DNA of 64,000 bases, taken from assembly GCF_009914755.1 (NCBI RefSeq), contig NC_060926.1. The stretch is one strand, 5' to 3'. The translations under genes were made by a program, and so were the position numbers. The DNA comes from the human T2T-CHM13v2.0 reference genome, Homo sapiens. This document shows, one piece after another, positions 1-16,718 of this stretch. The notes under the pieces were generated by a model. That model worked only from the letters and a program-made list of their open reading frames with translations. It did no database searches and was not told where the DNA came from. The first letter of the stretch is position 1; every line of letters starts with the position of its first letter.

Positions 1-1842
<1,842 letters not shown>

Positions 1843-2192
1843 CTTTAATATTGTTTTATTCTATGAAATTGCCCCAACCACTCCAACTTTCAGCAACCAC
1901 AACCTTGATCAGTCAGCAGCCATTAACATCAAGGCAAGATCCTTCCCTAATAAAAAGATTAGGACTCACAGAAAGCTCAGATGATTAGTAGCACTCTTTT
2001 AACAATAAAGTATTTTAAAATTAAGATATGTACTTTTTTAAGACATAATGCTATGCACACTTAATAGATTCTAGTATGCAAATAAATTTTACATGCACTG
2101 GGAAACCAAAAAATTCATATGACTCACTTTATTGTGAATTGCTTTATTGCAGTGGTCTGGAATCTAACCCACAATACCATCAAAGTACACCC
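1843..2192 (+). mobile_element. Tigger1 (TcMar-Tigger) 3' end fragment
   Basis: Matches Tigger1 3' consensus motifs: gatcagtcagcagccattaacatcaaggcaag, gctcagatgat, tgcactgggaaaccaaaaaattc, ctttattgcagtggtctggaa. Confidence 0.85.
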
Positions 2193-2199
2193 ATGTTGT

Positions 2200-5167
2200 A
2201 GTCACCCCTCAGTCTGGGAGACCATGTGCAAGCCCAAGCAGGCACCCCCTCAGGCATGATTAGGGAAAAAATTATCTAGTTAATTAGTTTCTGGATAAAT
2301 GGTGTACAAAAACAAATAAATATGTAATCTCCCTGAACTGTGATATTAGCCTACAGTTTACACACACATCCAACGGTGAAGGGTAAAAATCTATCTTGCT
2401 TAAGGGACTTAAGTACAACCTCTGACCAAGAACAACCCTAGGTTGCCAGAATAAAAGATAATAAAATTAAAAAAAATCTAACCAGAGGCATCAGAAGCTG
2501 CACACTGCAGGATAAATAGCTACTATATTATTAGTTCATCAATGTCATGACATAAAAAAAATAAATGACCAAACATATATGAACAACATATACCTTAGGA
2601 AAGGGAGTGATCAATGTCCAGAGTTGCTATACTGTCTAAAATGTCCAGTTTTCATCACAAACCTATAAGCATCCAAAGGAAGAGTAAGTCTGACCCATAC
2701 ACAGGAAAAAATGCAGACAATAGAAATTGCTTTTGAAGGGTTCCAGGTGTTGAATTTAGCAAACAAAGACTTCAATGTAGCTGATATAAGTATGTTAAAA
2801 GAATTAAAACAATCATGTCTAAACAATTGAGGAAATTTTAATGACAACGTCTCATAAAAAATACAATCAGAAAGTAGAAATTATATTTTAAAAAGAACCA
2901 AATGAAAATTCTGGGGCTGAAAAGTACAATATGTTATATGAAAACATCACTAGAGGGGCTTAGTACTAGATTGCACTGGCAAATAAAGAATCAATGAACT
3001 TGAAGACAGAGATGATGCAATCTAAAAAACAGAGATTAAAAAATTCAGAAAAATGAATACAGCCTTAGAAATGTAAGGGAGCTTTGAGCACCAACATAGA
3101 TGTAATGGAGTCCCAGAAGGAGAACAACCAGAGAGAAAGAGGCAGAGAAATTATTTGAAGAAATATTGGCTGATCACTTCCTCACTTTGGTGAAAGATTT
3201 TAACCCACACATCCAAAAATTCAGCAAACTCCTGGTAAGATAGGCACAAAGAGATCTACACAGAGATACATTATAGTCATCATGTAGAAAGCCAAAGATA
3301 ATGAGAACATTTTCAAAGCAGTAAGAGAAAAATGACTCCTCGTGAATAAGAGAACCCCAGTTACACTATAGGCCGACTTTTCATCAGAACTATGGAGGCC
3401 AGAAGGCAATGGGATAACATACCCAAATTGCTGAAAATAAGATGAAAATGTCAGCCAAATTTGTATCCAACAAAAATAATGAAAATCTTTCAATAATGAA
3501 GGCATAATTCATGCGTTTTCTGATAAAAGCTGATGGAACACGTTGTGAGCCGATGTGCCTTAGAAGAGATACTAAAGGAGTTCCTCAGTCTGAAAACAAG
3601 AGGGACCAGACAGTATTTTGAATCCACATATAACAAGGAAACAAAGAGTGTTGATAAGGGTAATTAAATAGGTAATTACTTTAAAAGTATAGTTGCAAAT
3701 TTGTATCCTTCTAATTGAATTAAAAGGTAATTGCAAAAATACTACTAATTATTTTATGATAGTATAAGATCATGATAATGATCATTATAATCATTTTGTT
3801 GTTGCTCATATGGCTTATGTAAATGTCATATAATTAAAAATAACAGTCCAAAGGAGGTGGGTGGGGACAGAGCTGTGTTGGAGTAAGGAAAGGACACCAG
3901 ATGGTAGCTTGAATCCACAGGAAGAACCTAAAAGAATCAGAAATGTTAAGTAAGATGCATAATATAACAAACTCTATAAATATATGCTCACTCTCCTTTC
4001 TCTGTCAAAGTCTTTAAAAGACATAGAGTTACATAAAGCAATTATTACAACAAAGTATTGGTGAGTTTGCAACATATGCAGATGTAGAATGTTTAATAAT
4101 AATAGTACAAAACAGGAGGGCAAGAGAATGGAACTATATAGAAGTAAAATTGCTATATTACACTAGTATTTATTTAGTGTAAATATAATATAATCTTGAT
4201 AAAGTAAGATACGATACATATATTAAGTCTTACAGTGACCACTAAAATAATAATTAAAATACATAATTATTAAATTAAAATGTCACACTAGAAAATAATG
4301 ACTTCATCAAAATAAAGCAGTAAAGGAGGAGGAGAGAAAAAAATGACATGAGACATGTAGAAACAAAAAGAAGAATGGCTAATGTAAATCCATATCAATA
4401 ATAACATTAAATGTGAATAAACAATGAAAGTGAGAGACAGATTTTCAGACTGTATAATGAAACAAGGTTCAGCTTTATTCTGCAGGAGACATACTTCATA
4501 TACAAAAATATATACCACATAAATAGCAATCATAAGAGAGTTGGAGTGGCTATGCCAAAATGAGAAAGAAATAAACTTTAAAATAAAAAAGTTACTAGAT
4601 ATAAAGAACATTTCCTAATGACTAAAGATCAATCCATAAGAAAGATGTAACACTTAGAAACATATATGCACGTAACTTCAGAGCTCAAAATACATGAAGC
4701 AAAAACTCACAGAATTGAAGGACTGTTTAGGCAACTTGACACTTTTGATAATGGGTAGTTGACTAGGAAGAAGATCAGTCAGGAAACAGTGACTGGAATG
4801 GCTGTAAACCAGCAGACATCTACGGAGAACAGTCCAACAAGAGCAAAGTCTATATTCTGCAATGCACGGGGGACATGATCTGGGATAGACTATATGCTAG
4901 GCCATAAAACAAGCCTCGATTTAAAAAAATACAGATATTTAAAGTATACAGGGTGTGTTCTCTGAAACCATGGAATTCAATTAAAAATTACCATCAGAAG
5001 AAAATTAGGGGAAATTCACAACTATGTGGAAATTAGACCATCTACCCTTAAACAACCAATGAGTCAAAGCAGAAATCACAATGGAAATTAGAAAACACTT
5101 TGAGATCCATGAAAATGAAAACACAACATACAAAACCCTACAGGATGCTGCGAAAGCAATGCTTAGA
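2200..5167 (+). mobile_element. Old L1M (L1MD/ME-like) 5' region, decayed ORF1 and start of ORF2 endonuclease
   Basis: A-rich; ORF1-like text at 2620-3600; EN-like text from ~4370 (atatcaataataacattaaatgtgaat); remnant peptide EIRKHFEIHENENTTYKTLQDAAKAML at 5081-5167. Confidence 0.8.
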
Positions 5168-5504
5168 CATTCTCCCCTGCTGTCTGCCTTCCAAAGCATG
5201 AACCACATCAGTCACGGTCGAGAACTCTGCCCTGCAGTGCCCAGAGCTTCCTGGCAGATTTCAGTGCTGTACCCTTAAACATGAGCCGAAAACCAAGGGT
5301 GGTCAGACATCTGATGGAGCCTGTAATGTGGCAGAGATCAAAGCAGATAGGAAACACATAGACAGAAACAAACATAGAGAGTAGGAAAAAGAAACTGTCA
5401 ATAATATCCTCAGAGACATAAGGAAAGACAACACTGTGACAAAGCTATAAAGAGACTATCATAGAAATTTAAGAAAATAGACATCCAGAAAGTTCATATG
5501 CTAG

Positions 5505-5887
<383 letters not shown>

Positions 5888-5991
5888 TCTTATTTACCAT
5901 TTAAGAGGATGCACAAGAGAGAAAGTCTAGGATGTGCCAGGAAATTCCTCTTCTGAGCCTTTAGTATGTAGTGTCTATGGTGGTCTATTGG

Positions 5992-6451
5992 TATATTAGC
6001 TTTCTATTACTGTTGTAACAAATTGCCACAAACTTAGTGGCTAAAAATGACATAAATTTATTGTTGTACAGCTCTGGAGGCCAGAAGTCTAAAATCAAGG
6101 TGTTGGCAGGACCCCTTTTCTTCTGGAGGTGCCGGGGAGAATTTATTTCCTTGCCTTTTCCAGCTATCAGAGCTACAGGCATTCCCTGGCTTGTGGCTCC
6201 TTCTTCCACCTTCAAGCTACATCACTCCAACCTCTCTTCTGTACTCATCTCTCCTTTTTCTGAATTTGACCCTTTTTTCTCCTCATGAGCTTTTGTGATT
6301 ATGTTGGGCACATCTAGATAATCCAGAAAAACTCTCTGTCTCAAGGTTCTTAACACAAGGTTCTCACATCTACAAGGTCCCTTTTGCCACGTAAATTAAC
6401 TTAGTCCCAGCTTCCATAGATTAGGGGTTTGGGAGACCTTTCAGCCTAATA
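5992..6451 (-). mobile_element. MaLR solo LTR (MLT1C/D-like)
   Basis: tattagctttctattactgttgtaacaaattgccacaaacttagtggc ... ggtcccttttgccacgtaa is reverse MLT1 consensus. Confidence 0.85.
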
Positions 6452-9109
6452 AGCTGGCATTTTATAATTTCTACAGCTAGAACTTACTGAATATCTCCTC
6501 TGTTCTGGACCCCACTGGTGAAGCTGGGGACACACAGCAGGTGAAAACAGCCTCTGCTTTGGAGGAATTCACAGTCTCATGGTGGACACACAAGGTGAGA
6601 TAAGCAGGCACCTGTGATGTCTGCAGGACCACGTTCTGGGGAGACTTCTGCAAGTGGCTGAGAGATGATGCAGTCATTATCCTTGTCTTCAGAAGATTAA
6701 AATCTATTTGGGGAGAAAACTTGGGAACAGATGTCGCTGGTGCAGTCAAGAGTGCCATCTCTGGCTCCTACACAGAGTGTGGTTTTACTGTTTTCCGGGG
6801 ATTGCATGTTAAAATCCCTTTTTCTCATTGGAAGTAAGCCCCCTAATAGTAAATCAAGCTTCCAGGGCTTCTTGATCCCTTTCAATTGATAAGGATCTCA
6901 TGTTAGTTCTTTAAAAATTCAATCGTGTTCCTCTTAGAGCCTAAGCATCGTGAAACCTTCCTTCCGCTCCGCTGAGTGCAGGCTGGACGCCTGGCCCTGG
7001 CCTTGAGTGGACAGGCTAAAGGTGGGAAATGGGGTACTCTTGGGCACTGGCCCCTACGATCTCACAGAGGGAGGGAGAACAGAGGCCAGTGGTCCTGACT
7101 CTCCCTCCCATGCTCAGTGCAAGGCAAGGTGTGGACCCTACTGTTTCTCTGCCTGCCACTGTCTGGCCACTGGGTTCCTCAGTGTGGGAAACATTTGTCC
7201 TCCTTTTGGGGCCTGTGAGACCCTCTCCCCACCTCAGGCATGGCCTCTTCCACTTTGCTGTCCCTGCATGAGGCACCCACTGCTCCTACTTCTTGTTGCT
7301 GGGGGCCCGTGCCGAGGTACTTTCAGGGGGCTCTGCCTATGGGAACACAGCCCCTTCTCAGCTCTGTGGTTTCCTTCCTACCTTTTCTCCCACACCCCAG
7401 CCATTTTAGGTGCCTGCTCATTCTAGAGGCTTCTCAACTCCCAGCAAGAGGTGATCTCCAGCCCAGGCTGGTGCTGTGATCTCAGAGATGGCCCTAAACT
7501 CTCCCTCCCTGGACATAACCAAGGGAGTTGCTTCTCTCAGCAGCTAGTGTCCTATTGCACAGAAAACATTTGAGAGGCTCAACATTTTAAACCAAAGCAA
7601 ATGCAAACTGTCTTTTCCAGCACCTCCTCAAGGGAGTGGAACTCAACACCAGCCATAGCTCTGTCTTCCCTTTGAATGATTCTCCAGGTTTTTCATGCCC
7701 TAACCTCTCCAGTGCTTTTCATTTACCAGACCTGCCCCTATAAAGCATAAAATTCTCTCCCTAAGTCATTTACTGGGGCACCCCCAGGGCCTCTGTGGCC
7801 ATGTCATTGGGTCATACTTGCAATGAAATATTTGTAGTTCTACATGGTGTATAGGGTGGGGAAATGGATATAATAATAGTTATCTCCATCCTGACAAGCT
7901 TGGCAAAATATTATATTTCACCAATAGTAAATTACCTGGGAAGGACCTTGAAGTTCCTGGACTCTGGCTGGGCACATGGTAGATCCAGTGATGGGCTGCC
8001 AGGGTGGCAGAATGAGATGCCTCAAGTGGAGGGAAAATGGCTGTGGGTAAAGGGAAGCGCTGTTCTCGGGGGTCTTGGGGGTTCCGTTTCCTGCACTCAG
8101 CACACTTCTTTCGCAGACTTATTTGGCTTTATCCAAAGCCTTACCCAGTGGAGTTTTGACCTCACATCCCTACCATCCCTCCTCCCTGCCTGCCACCAGG
8201 GCCTCCATGTGGCCAGATGCAGAGCCTTCCTCTGGTCTGTTTATCTCTGCTCTCTGTTGCATCCCCAAGATAAAAGGCACCTGGGCCATAGGCAGCACTG
8301 TATAGGATTTGCTGTCAGAGCTATCTAATGAACTGTAAAGGACTCCTATAAAATGACAGGGCACAGCTGAGAGCAGGGCCCTAAAGGACAGTAAAACAGG
8401 TGTCATGGAAAATCGTGATTCATTGTCCAAGCTCCCAGAGGCAGCTACTGGTTTCCCTGCAGCACACCACTGAGCCACACAAACTGCTTCATCAAATGAC
8501 TGCTGGGACAGCCGGCACCCTTGTGGAGTGAGTGCACCACTCACAGGACTCGCAGCGGTTCTTTCCTTTACCTGCCCTGCAGTTTGGGACCACCTGCAGG
8601 TGACAGAGCACTCCTCCCTGCCCCAGTGACAAAAGGAGTCACAGAAATTGAATGGACAATTTTCCTGCTAGACCATCCCTGGTACATCTCCATTTGGGTT
8701 GGATTCATAACATTTATAATAGAAATGAGCAGAGAAGATCTACTGCCTCTGATAAGAAGGTCAATGACTGTCAGCCAGGCCTTATGATTTCTTCCTTTGC
8801 AAAAAAATATGTTTGGAAATGTTTCACTTCTATTTTCTCCTTCTCCGTTCATACTAGATGACTCCTAGCATCGCTGTGTATGCATCAGGGCACCCGGAGT
8901 GTCCCCACTCCACTTTTATAGTGACATAGAAGCATTTTCATATGCTAGAGGAGGGAGCAACCTGGTCTTCATAATTCATACCATCATGCTTTCTCTGTCC
9001 TCCTCGGAAAATGAGGTGAGCATGTCCGAGTGAACAGGACAATGGAAACGTGTGCATGGGGGCAATGGGCTGAATGATCACTAAGATTGCACCTGCGTCA
9101 GCTAATTCT

Positions 9110-9270
9110 ATCCTCACACACTTCGTGAAGTTGACAACCACGTTTATTGTTCTCTTTTATAACAGAGGAAACTGAGGCACAGTGATATTGTGTGATTTAC
9201 CCAAGAGCATGAGATTGTCAAGTGGCAGGCTGGGTTTTGAAGCTGGGTCCATCACCAAATGCAAGCCTTT
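9110..9270 (-). mobile_element. MIR
   Basis: MIR core acagaggaaactgaggcacag...atttacccaag. Confidence 0.7.
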
Positions 9271-9504
9271 AGCTCAGATCTTTCTCTGTGAGAATCAATT
9301 TGGCACAGATGCTACTGAAAGCATTTTATGACAACTGAAAATTCTTTATAACAGTTTAAGTAAGCATGTTCACATTATACACAGTGTCTAAATTGGGTGT
9401 ATGTGTGTGTGTCTGCTGTGGAGATATTTCAAAAACTGAACTACAGCTTCTTTCTGAACTCTTGATTGACAGACTCTATTTTACAATTTTATTTAACTTT
9501 TTAA

Positions 9505-9826
<322 letters not shown>

Positions 9827-10409
9827 ACTTTTTAATTTTTAAATATGTGCATTTGTGTTTCCAAATACAGCCCGAAAACAAAACAAGTGGGTCCGAAAGC
9901 AGGGGCGGGAGCTGCATCCAGCCAAAGCCCAGCCTCTCCCTGAAGCCACCTGGCCTGATGGCGTCCCCTCTTCTTCTCCTACAGCGGAGCCCTCAGGACC
10001 GAAACCTGGGCCCATCCTGCCTCCTGGGAGACTTCACTAGGATCAGGCTGTGTCCAACACACAACGCGGTGTTATTCACGTAGTAAGCGGTCAATTCCTG
10101 CCGATGTTAGTTATGACAAGATATGAGGACTAGGGAGAGAATTTCCTTTTATCTGTTCTCTACAGAATGCTATTTTGTCAAAAGCTTCCACTGAAGAGGA
10201 GATTCTATCACAACTTACAGAAAAACATACATCAGAGTATTGGGGTATTCTCACATTTAGCAGTTTGCCACTAAGTGTGACTATGGTCTTGCAGTTTTAG
10301 GAAAGAACAAGACAGATCTAAGCAGTGCTGAAAAGGCCAACTTTGCCTTCCTGGCTTCCAGTTTCTACTCTCTACTCTATAAAGATTCCGAAAAAGACAC
10401 CAGCAACAA

Positions 10410-10560
10410 GGCCAGGTGTGGTGGCTCACATCTGCAATCCCAGCACTTTGGGAGGCCAAGGCAGGCTGATCACCTGAGGTCAGGAGTTTGAGACCAGCCT
10501 GGCCAACATGGTGAAACTCCGTCTCTACTAAAAATACAAAAGTTAGATGGGCTAGGTGGG
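10410..10560 (+). mobile_element. Alu left arm only, 3'-truncated
   Basis: ggccaggtgtggtggctcac...tactaaaaatacaaaagttagatgggct, then abrupt switch to L1 sequence; no tail. Confidence 0.9.
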
Positions 10561-11310
10561 TTTACTTGTCTTTTCAAAAGTTTAAGCATTCTTTACATAT
10601 CCTACGTATAGGCCATTTTTGGTTATATGTGTTGAAAATATCTTCTCCTGTTTTGTGACTTGAGTTTTTACTCTCTTATTGGTTTCTTTTGATGACTCAT
10701 ATTTCATGGTCTTAATGAAATCAATTTTTCTCAGTCTTTTCCATTATGATTAATACTTTTGAAACATATTTAGAAATTCTTTGCATACCCAAAATTCATG
10801 AAACTATTTTCTTTAGTTATATTTGAGAGTGGCGTTATTATTATTTACATTGTACATTTAGACTTATAATATACCTGTGTGCAGTGTAAAGTAGAAGTAT
10901 AAATATCCAATTGATCTATCACAATTTATTGACATTTTACCATTTTCCCAGGCTTCTTTGTTGTACATCAACAAATTTGGCATCTTTGTGATACATCAGT
11001 TACCGTGGGTCAATCTATCCTTGACTGTGTTCTGTTTCATCAGTCTGTTAATCTATGTATACTTTACTGTATTATTTCTTGTAGTTTTATTGTTAGTCTG
11101 GTTATTTAGAAGCTTTAGTCCTCCAATTTGTTCTTTTTGAAGATTGTCTTAGCTATTCTTGGCCTTTTAAGTTCCATATACATTTCAGAATCAACTTGCA
11201 ATTCTCCAACAATCCTGCAAGTAGATTGATGAGATTTTATTGGATCTATATTTGAGGAAAATTGCTATTTGTACCTCTCAATCTATGAATGGTTCTTTGT
11301 TTATTTGGTC
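10561..11310 (-). mobile_element. Old L1M ORF2 fragment
   Basis: T-rich reverse L1 ORF2 motifs (gattgtcttagctattcttggcc, ttccatatacatttcagaatcaactt). Confidence 0.7.
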
Positions 11311-11313
11311 CTT

Positions 11314-11650
11314 TGTGTAGGCTTTATTAATGTGTCACCTTGGCTAGGTTGTAATGCCCAGTTATTCAATCAAATGCTAATCTAGTTATTGCTATGAAAG
11401 AATTTTGCAGATGTAGTTAAAGCCCTGATCGGTTGACAGTAAGTAAGAGAGGCTGTCCTGAATAATCTGGGCAGGTTTGATGGAATCTGTTAGAAGTCTT
11501 TAAAAGCAAGGCCGAGGTTTCCCCAGGAGAGGGTAGACACATCAGCTGTGGATGAGAGCCTCAGACCTGCCACATGCTTACTATTCTGATTGCCTTCCCT
11601 GTGGATTTTAGACCAAGCAGTCCCCATAAATTTATAAGCCAATCCTCATT
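11314..11650 (+). mobile_element. ERVL LTR (old MLT2, D/E/F-like)
   Basis: tgtgtcaccttggctaggttgtaatgcccagttattcaatcaaatgctaatctag...gcagatgtagttaa is MLT2-type 5' sequence. Confidence 0.7.
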
Positions 11651-11796
11651 TCATTTTTTATCCCTTCCAGAAGAATGAGTATGTTGTACTGAGGGGCTAT
11701 GTCTTCAAATCCCATCACTGCTGATGTGTAATAAATATTTGTGGTTGCAAGTCACTGAGATATTACCTTTGTTATGCAGAAAAGATAATCGATACA
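11651..11796 (+). mobile_element. MLT1 LTR 3' fragment
   Basis: aataaatatttgtggttgcaagtcactgaga...gttatgcag...gataatcgataca. Confidence 0.55.
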
Positions 11797-11799
11797 ATG

Positions 11800-12240
11800 A
11801 GCTTCCACCTTGGGACACTTTTCTTCTGCCTGTGGAGCACCTTAGTGTAGGCACACTGGAAACATAGGTCTTTCAATTTTGTTAATCTGAAAATGTTTTC
11901 ATTTTACCTTCATGTTTTTTTGCATTTTTATTGAGGTATAATAAGCATACAAATTGATGAAGTTTCACAGGGTTAATATACCTTAGTGGCCAGGACCCAG
12001 ATGGAGAAGCCTAACATGATCAGCATCACAGAAGCACCCTCACAATGTCCTCTCTAGGTGGAAGCACCTTCCAAGTTCATGGATATCCTGACTGTTTTTA
12101 TTGATTAATTTTGCCTATTTTTAAACTTGACATGAAGGGACTCATGCTGTGTGCGTCTCTTGTAGAATTTGCCTTGTTCACTAATACTTCCATATTTTAA
12201 AAATAGTCACAATACATAATTACATTAAGTTTTGTGCTTT
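11800..12240 (-). mobile_element. Old L1ME fragments including a 3' end
   Basis: ttttattgaggtataata...gatgaagtttcac...ttttgcctattttt pattern of reverse L1ME 3' UTR. Confidence 0.55.
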
Positions 12241-12339
12241 TATTGTGTTAGAAATATTTATTAATCTCTCTTTTTCCCTCTTCACCCTTGCCAGAAGTAT
12301 GTCTCTTTTTTCAACACTTGATTGTGCAGTTGGTGTTTT

Positions 12340-13230
12340 TACTGTTCATGCACATGCTTTTTGATGGTTGTGTATCTCTTCTGTATCAGGCACTGTGCAG
12401 TCGATGGGAATAGTTGTGACCAGGGCACTCCCTCACCCTTAATAGGGGCATGGTCTGGCAGCCACAGGTAAATAAGTGGTGTGATGATGGCCATAGCTGG
12501 TGTAAGCACAGGAGCCTTGGGTACTATATAACATGAATGCATGAAATAAACAATGAGCAGTGCTCCTTCTGAGGCAGCCCCATGTGCTTATCACACACAT
12601 CTTTATTATACACCCACTGGCTGTCTGCCTCTGTCCACGCCCTGGAGATATGCAAACGTCACCATGGCCCATCTCAGCTGTCTTGTAAGTTTTACTTGGG
12701 GCTGACTTACACTCAATGAACAAATAGAACAGTAAGTGAATGATGTCAAGCAGTGATGCCTGGTGTCAGTGCAGCACAGTGGAGTGCTGTGAATGGGAGG
12801 AACAGGGGCAGGAAGTGCCAAAGCTCTGAGGTCGTACCCAGCTTAGTTCAGTCAGGACAAAGGGGTCCGTGTGACTGTAGCCTCATACCTAAGGGCTGGT
12901 GAGCAGCCCAGCCTGAGACTGGGGAGGCAGCGGAGACCCAGCCACGTGGGCTTTAGGGGCCTTAGCAAGGAGTTTGGTTTTCACTCTGGGTATAAAAGAA
13001 AGCCAATGCAGACTTAGAAGCTGCAGGTAGAGAAGAAAAGGAGGAGAGGGCTCAGCAGCCTTTGGAAGAAGAACAGACGTCATAGGGACTGTGACCACCA
13101 GAGGACAATGAGTCAGTCCCTTGCCTTGCTGTAGAAGTAGAGGAGGTGGTCCTGAGGAGACCCCACAAAGGCCCTTGAATGCCAGGCTGAGGATCTGGGG
13201 CTTATCCAGGAGGAAAAGGGAATTCACTGA
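12340..13230 (-). mobile_element. LINE-2 fragments
   Basis: caggcactgtgc..., gggccttagcaaggagtttggttttcactctgg, ggcccttgaatgccaggctgagga are reverse L2 3' motifs. Confidence 0.55.
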
Positions 13231-14321
13231 CACAAGAAATTCAAGAAAATATCGTGACCCAAAGGAGGCTCTGGGTATTGATCTGAGGGTGACATGAAGC
13301 TCAGATTTAGGAGGACACTCATCACCCTGGCAGTGGGGGAAGGCTGGTCCCAGGCACACTGCACATTATATAAGACACTCGCAGAAAGAGTCCAAGGCAA
13401 CACAGCCTTCTTGCTTTCAGACTTTCCAGCTCCCAGACTCACTCTCTGTGCAGCCTCAGGCATTTGGACAATGCCACATGGGTGAGATGTGAATGGGCAG
13501 CAGAAGGGCTGCGAGCGAGGGCACAGGGGTGAGAATGTGGCCCTACTTTCCTGTCTTGCACTGAGGTCCTAGTTGTTGGTCACTGGTGTCCCTCCGAGAG
13601 CAGACAGCACAACTCTGTGCCCCAGGGGGCTGGCTCCTGAAGAGGCTGGTTGATGGAAGCAGTGTGAGGCGAGGGTGGGGAGTGGAGCAGAGGTGTGGGA
13701 GGGGCCTCGCTGTGGATGACTGTGGGGCCCGAGCGAGGAGGAGTGGGAATTATAGGCAGTAGGGAGCCCCTGGTGGCTGTTGAGCAGGAGTGGGCATGGG
13801 AAAAATGGATGTCTTAGGGACATTTTCTTGGTGGTGGTAGGCAAGATAGCTATAAGAGCATCATTTTGATAATGGAGCCAGGAAAGTGCAGTAGGATTTT
13901 TTAAAGTCATTACATATAAATGTAGGTCTTCATTCAAAAGGGATTATATAGATATATGCATATTTATGTTTCTAAATATGGAGGAAGCATAGTGTCTAGA
14001 GGAACATAATGATACTTTTGAGTTTTGGTCAGAAAGATATTATATGGCTCTAAATTGCTTCTGCATATGTGACCATATTTTATTCCCATTACGGGTGTGG
14101 GAATGCAAGCAATAATCCCATTTTCAGGTGGGAAAATAAGCCAGTGTTTAAGCACCTCCCATGGCTGTAGATGGCCAAAGAGGACAGAGCCCAGAATCCT
14201 AATAGCTTCAGGTCAGTGGGGCTGATTCTGCCAAGTGGTCTCTGCTTTCTTTACTGGCTTGTCCAGTAGGAAGTTAAGCCATCATGGAGATGTCCTACAT
14301 CTCAGCTGTCCACTCCAGTAT

Positions 14322-14844
14322 TGTTAAAGAAAAAAATCATTCAAGGATGCTTGTTTAAGCACAGTCAGGCTGACTTTATTCAAGGGGAGCTATTGTCTAT
14401 CTAGGAGCAGGGACCACTGTGATGGGGCTTCTCGGTGAGGGTCGGGAGAGACTGGGCTCAACTCTGAAAATGGCAAGGAAACATGGTAATGTATAGCCAA
14501 GGAGCAGGGTGGGAGGCCCTGTGGGTGGAAAATGACTAGTTGGAAGCACCAGGAATAAGGGGGATTCTGGCTAAACCAACCTAACAGGACTCTTGGTGAA
14601 GACAGGCCAGGGCGCTTAGGCATCAGTGGTGGGATGGAGGGAGGGGATGAGGTGCCAGATTAGACACAGAGGGTGCTCAGATGATTAGCTGTTGGAGGGG
14701 GTGATTCTAGCTAAACGGACCTAGGAGGGTTCCTGCTAAAGTTGGACAATGCCGAGATAAACACGGGGATCTGAAAGTCAGGCCTCACTGAAAAAGAGCT
14801 CGGGTAGCTTGAGCAGAGTTTGGTCCAGGAGAGAGCCTTTGTCA
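14322..14844 (-). mobile_element. ERV1 solo LTR (MER31-like)
   Basis: Bounded by tgttaaagaaaaaaatcattc and gagagcctttgtca (TG...CA); internal ggattctggctaaaccaacctaacagga as in MER31. Confidence 0.8.
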
Positions 14845-14845
14845 G

Positions 14846-15467
<622 letters not shown>

Positions 15468-15494
15468 TGATGCGTTAAAAGTCTCCGGTCACTT

Positions 15495-15692
15495 GGGGTT
15501 GAGCAGTTCTGGATTAAACAAAGGTAAAGGACTTCTTTACTGCAAGACTTGTTTGAGTCTTTTCTGTGCTGACCCTCTTAAAGCCCTAAGGGAAAGAGAC
15601 TCAGGAAACCACATTTCCCAAATCCAGTGACAATACACCCATTTTTGCAGGACGCAGAGTATACGAGGAGGTATATTTTGGAAGTCTCTGGC
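15495..15692. mobile_element. Old hAT-type DNA transposon relic (family uncertain)
   Basis: attaaacaaaggtaaaggacttctttactgcaagactt...catttcccaaa...tattttggaagtctctg resembles Charlie-family MER elements. Confidence 0.45.
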
Positions 15693-16294
15693 TTCAGACT
15701 AAGAAAAATGTGACTTATTGTCCGCATGACCTTGAACTACATCTTCACCTTGCTGGTCTTCAGTTCCTTACTCACAGAGTGTGCTAATGTCATCTCCCAA
15801 CTCAGAGGGTCTCTGTAAGGATGGGCCAGGCTGCGTGGTTCTGGGGGTGACTAAGATACTGTCCCAGTCTTTGGTGAGACCCAGCAGCGGTTAATCATGG
15901 AAATGAATGATACAGAGAAGTCTAGTTCTAACAGAAATGGCACAGAGCCTGCTGTGGACATCGGGGTCAGGACCTCTCCCTGTACCTTCCTTCTGTCTGT
16001 CTCACCTAATGCCCTGAAGCTTCCTGAGTGGGTCTGCATTTATACAGCGATGCTCCAGGGAGCAGTCTGCCATTACTCCTCTGTGGTGCTTGCAGACTTC
16101 TGGTGATAGGTCTAGTTTTCCTTTGTCTGGTATATAAATTGATGTAATTGGTGATTTTTAATGTGCAGATGTTGGACAGTATAGGGACAACTGTCAATAG
16201 AGAAGGACAAACAACCTGATGCCCCAAACCCTCAATCACTGAGTTTCTAGAAAGGGGTCTCTTCTGTTTTTATTTTTTAACTTGAGTTATTGCA

Positions 16295-16718
16295 GTTTTG
16301 TGTTTAGCCTGGAGGGCTGAGGGACAGGACACAGAGCCAAAGAGAACTACTGCAGAGCCCTACAGTCTGATGGCCTTTGCCTTGCTGGGTTTTGAACTTG
16401 CTTGGAGCCTGTTGCCCTTTCTTTCTTTCCTACTCCTCTCTTGGAATGGGAATGCCATTCTTGGGCCTGCCCCGCCTTTGGATTTTGGAAGCACATAACT
16501 TGTTTGGCTTCAAAGGTTCACAGCTGGCCAGGAATTTTGCCTGAGGATGAATGGTGCCTTGAGCCCTACGCACCCCTGACTTAGGTGCTATATGGACGAG
16601 GCTCTGGCATTAGGCTCCAGAGCTCATGCCGGTGCGAGTTTAGACCTTTGGGGCTGCTGGGATGGTATGAATGTGTTTACCTGTGAGAAGGCCATGGATG
16701 TGGAGGACCACAGGGAAA
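16295..16718 (+). mobile_element. MLT1A-type internal sequence, 3' end
   Basis: ttggaatgggaatg...ttggattttggaagcacataacttgttt...ggttcacagctgg, abutting an MLT1A LTR. Confidence 0.7.
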
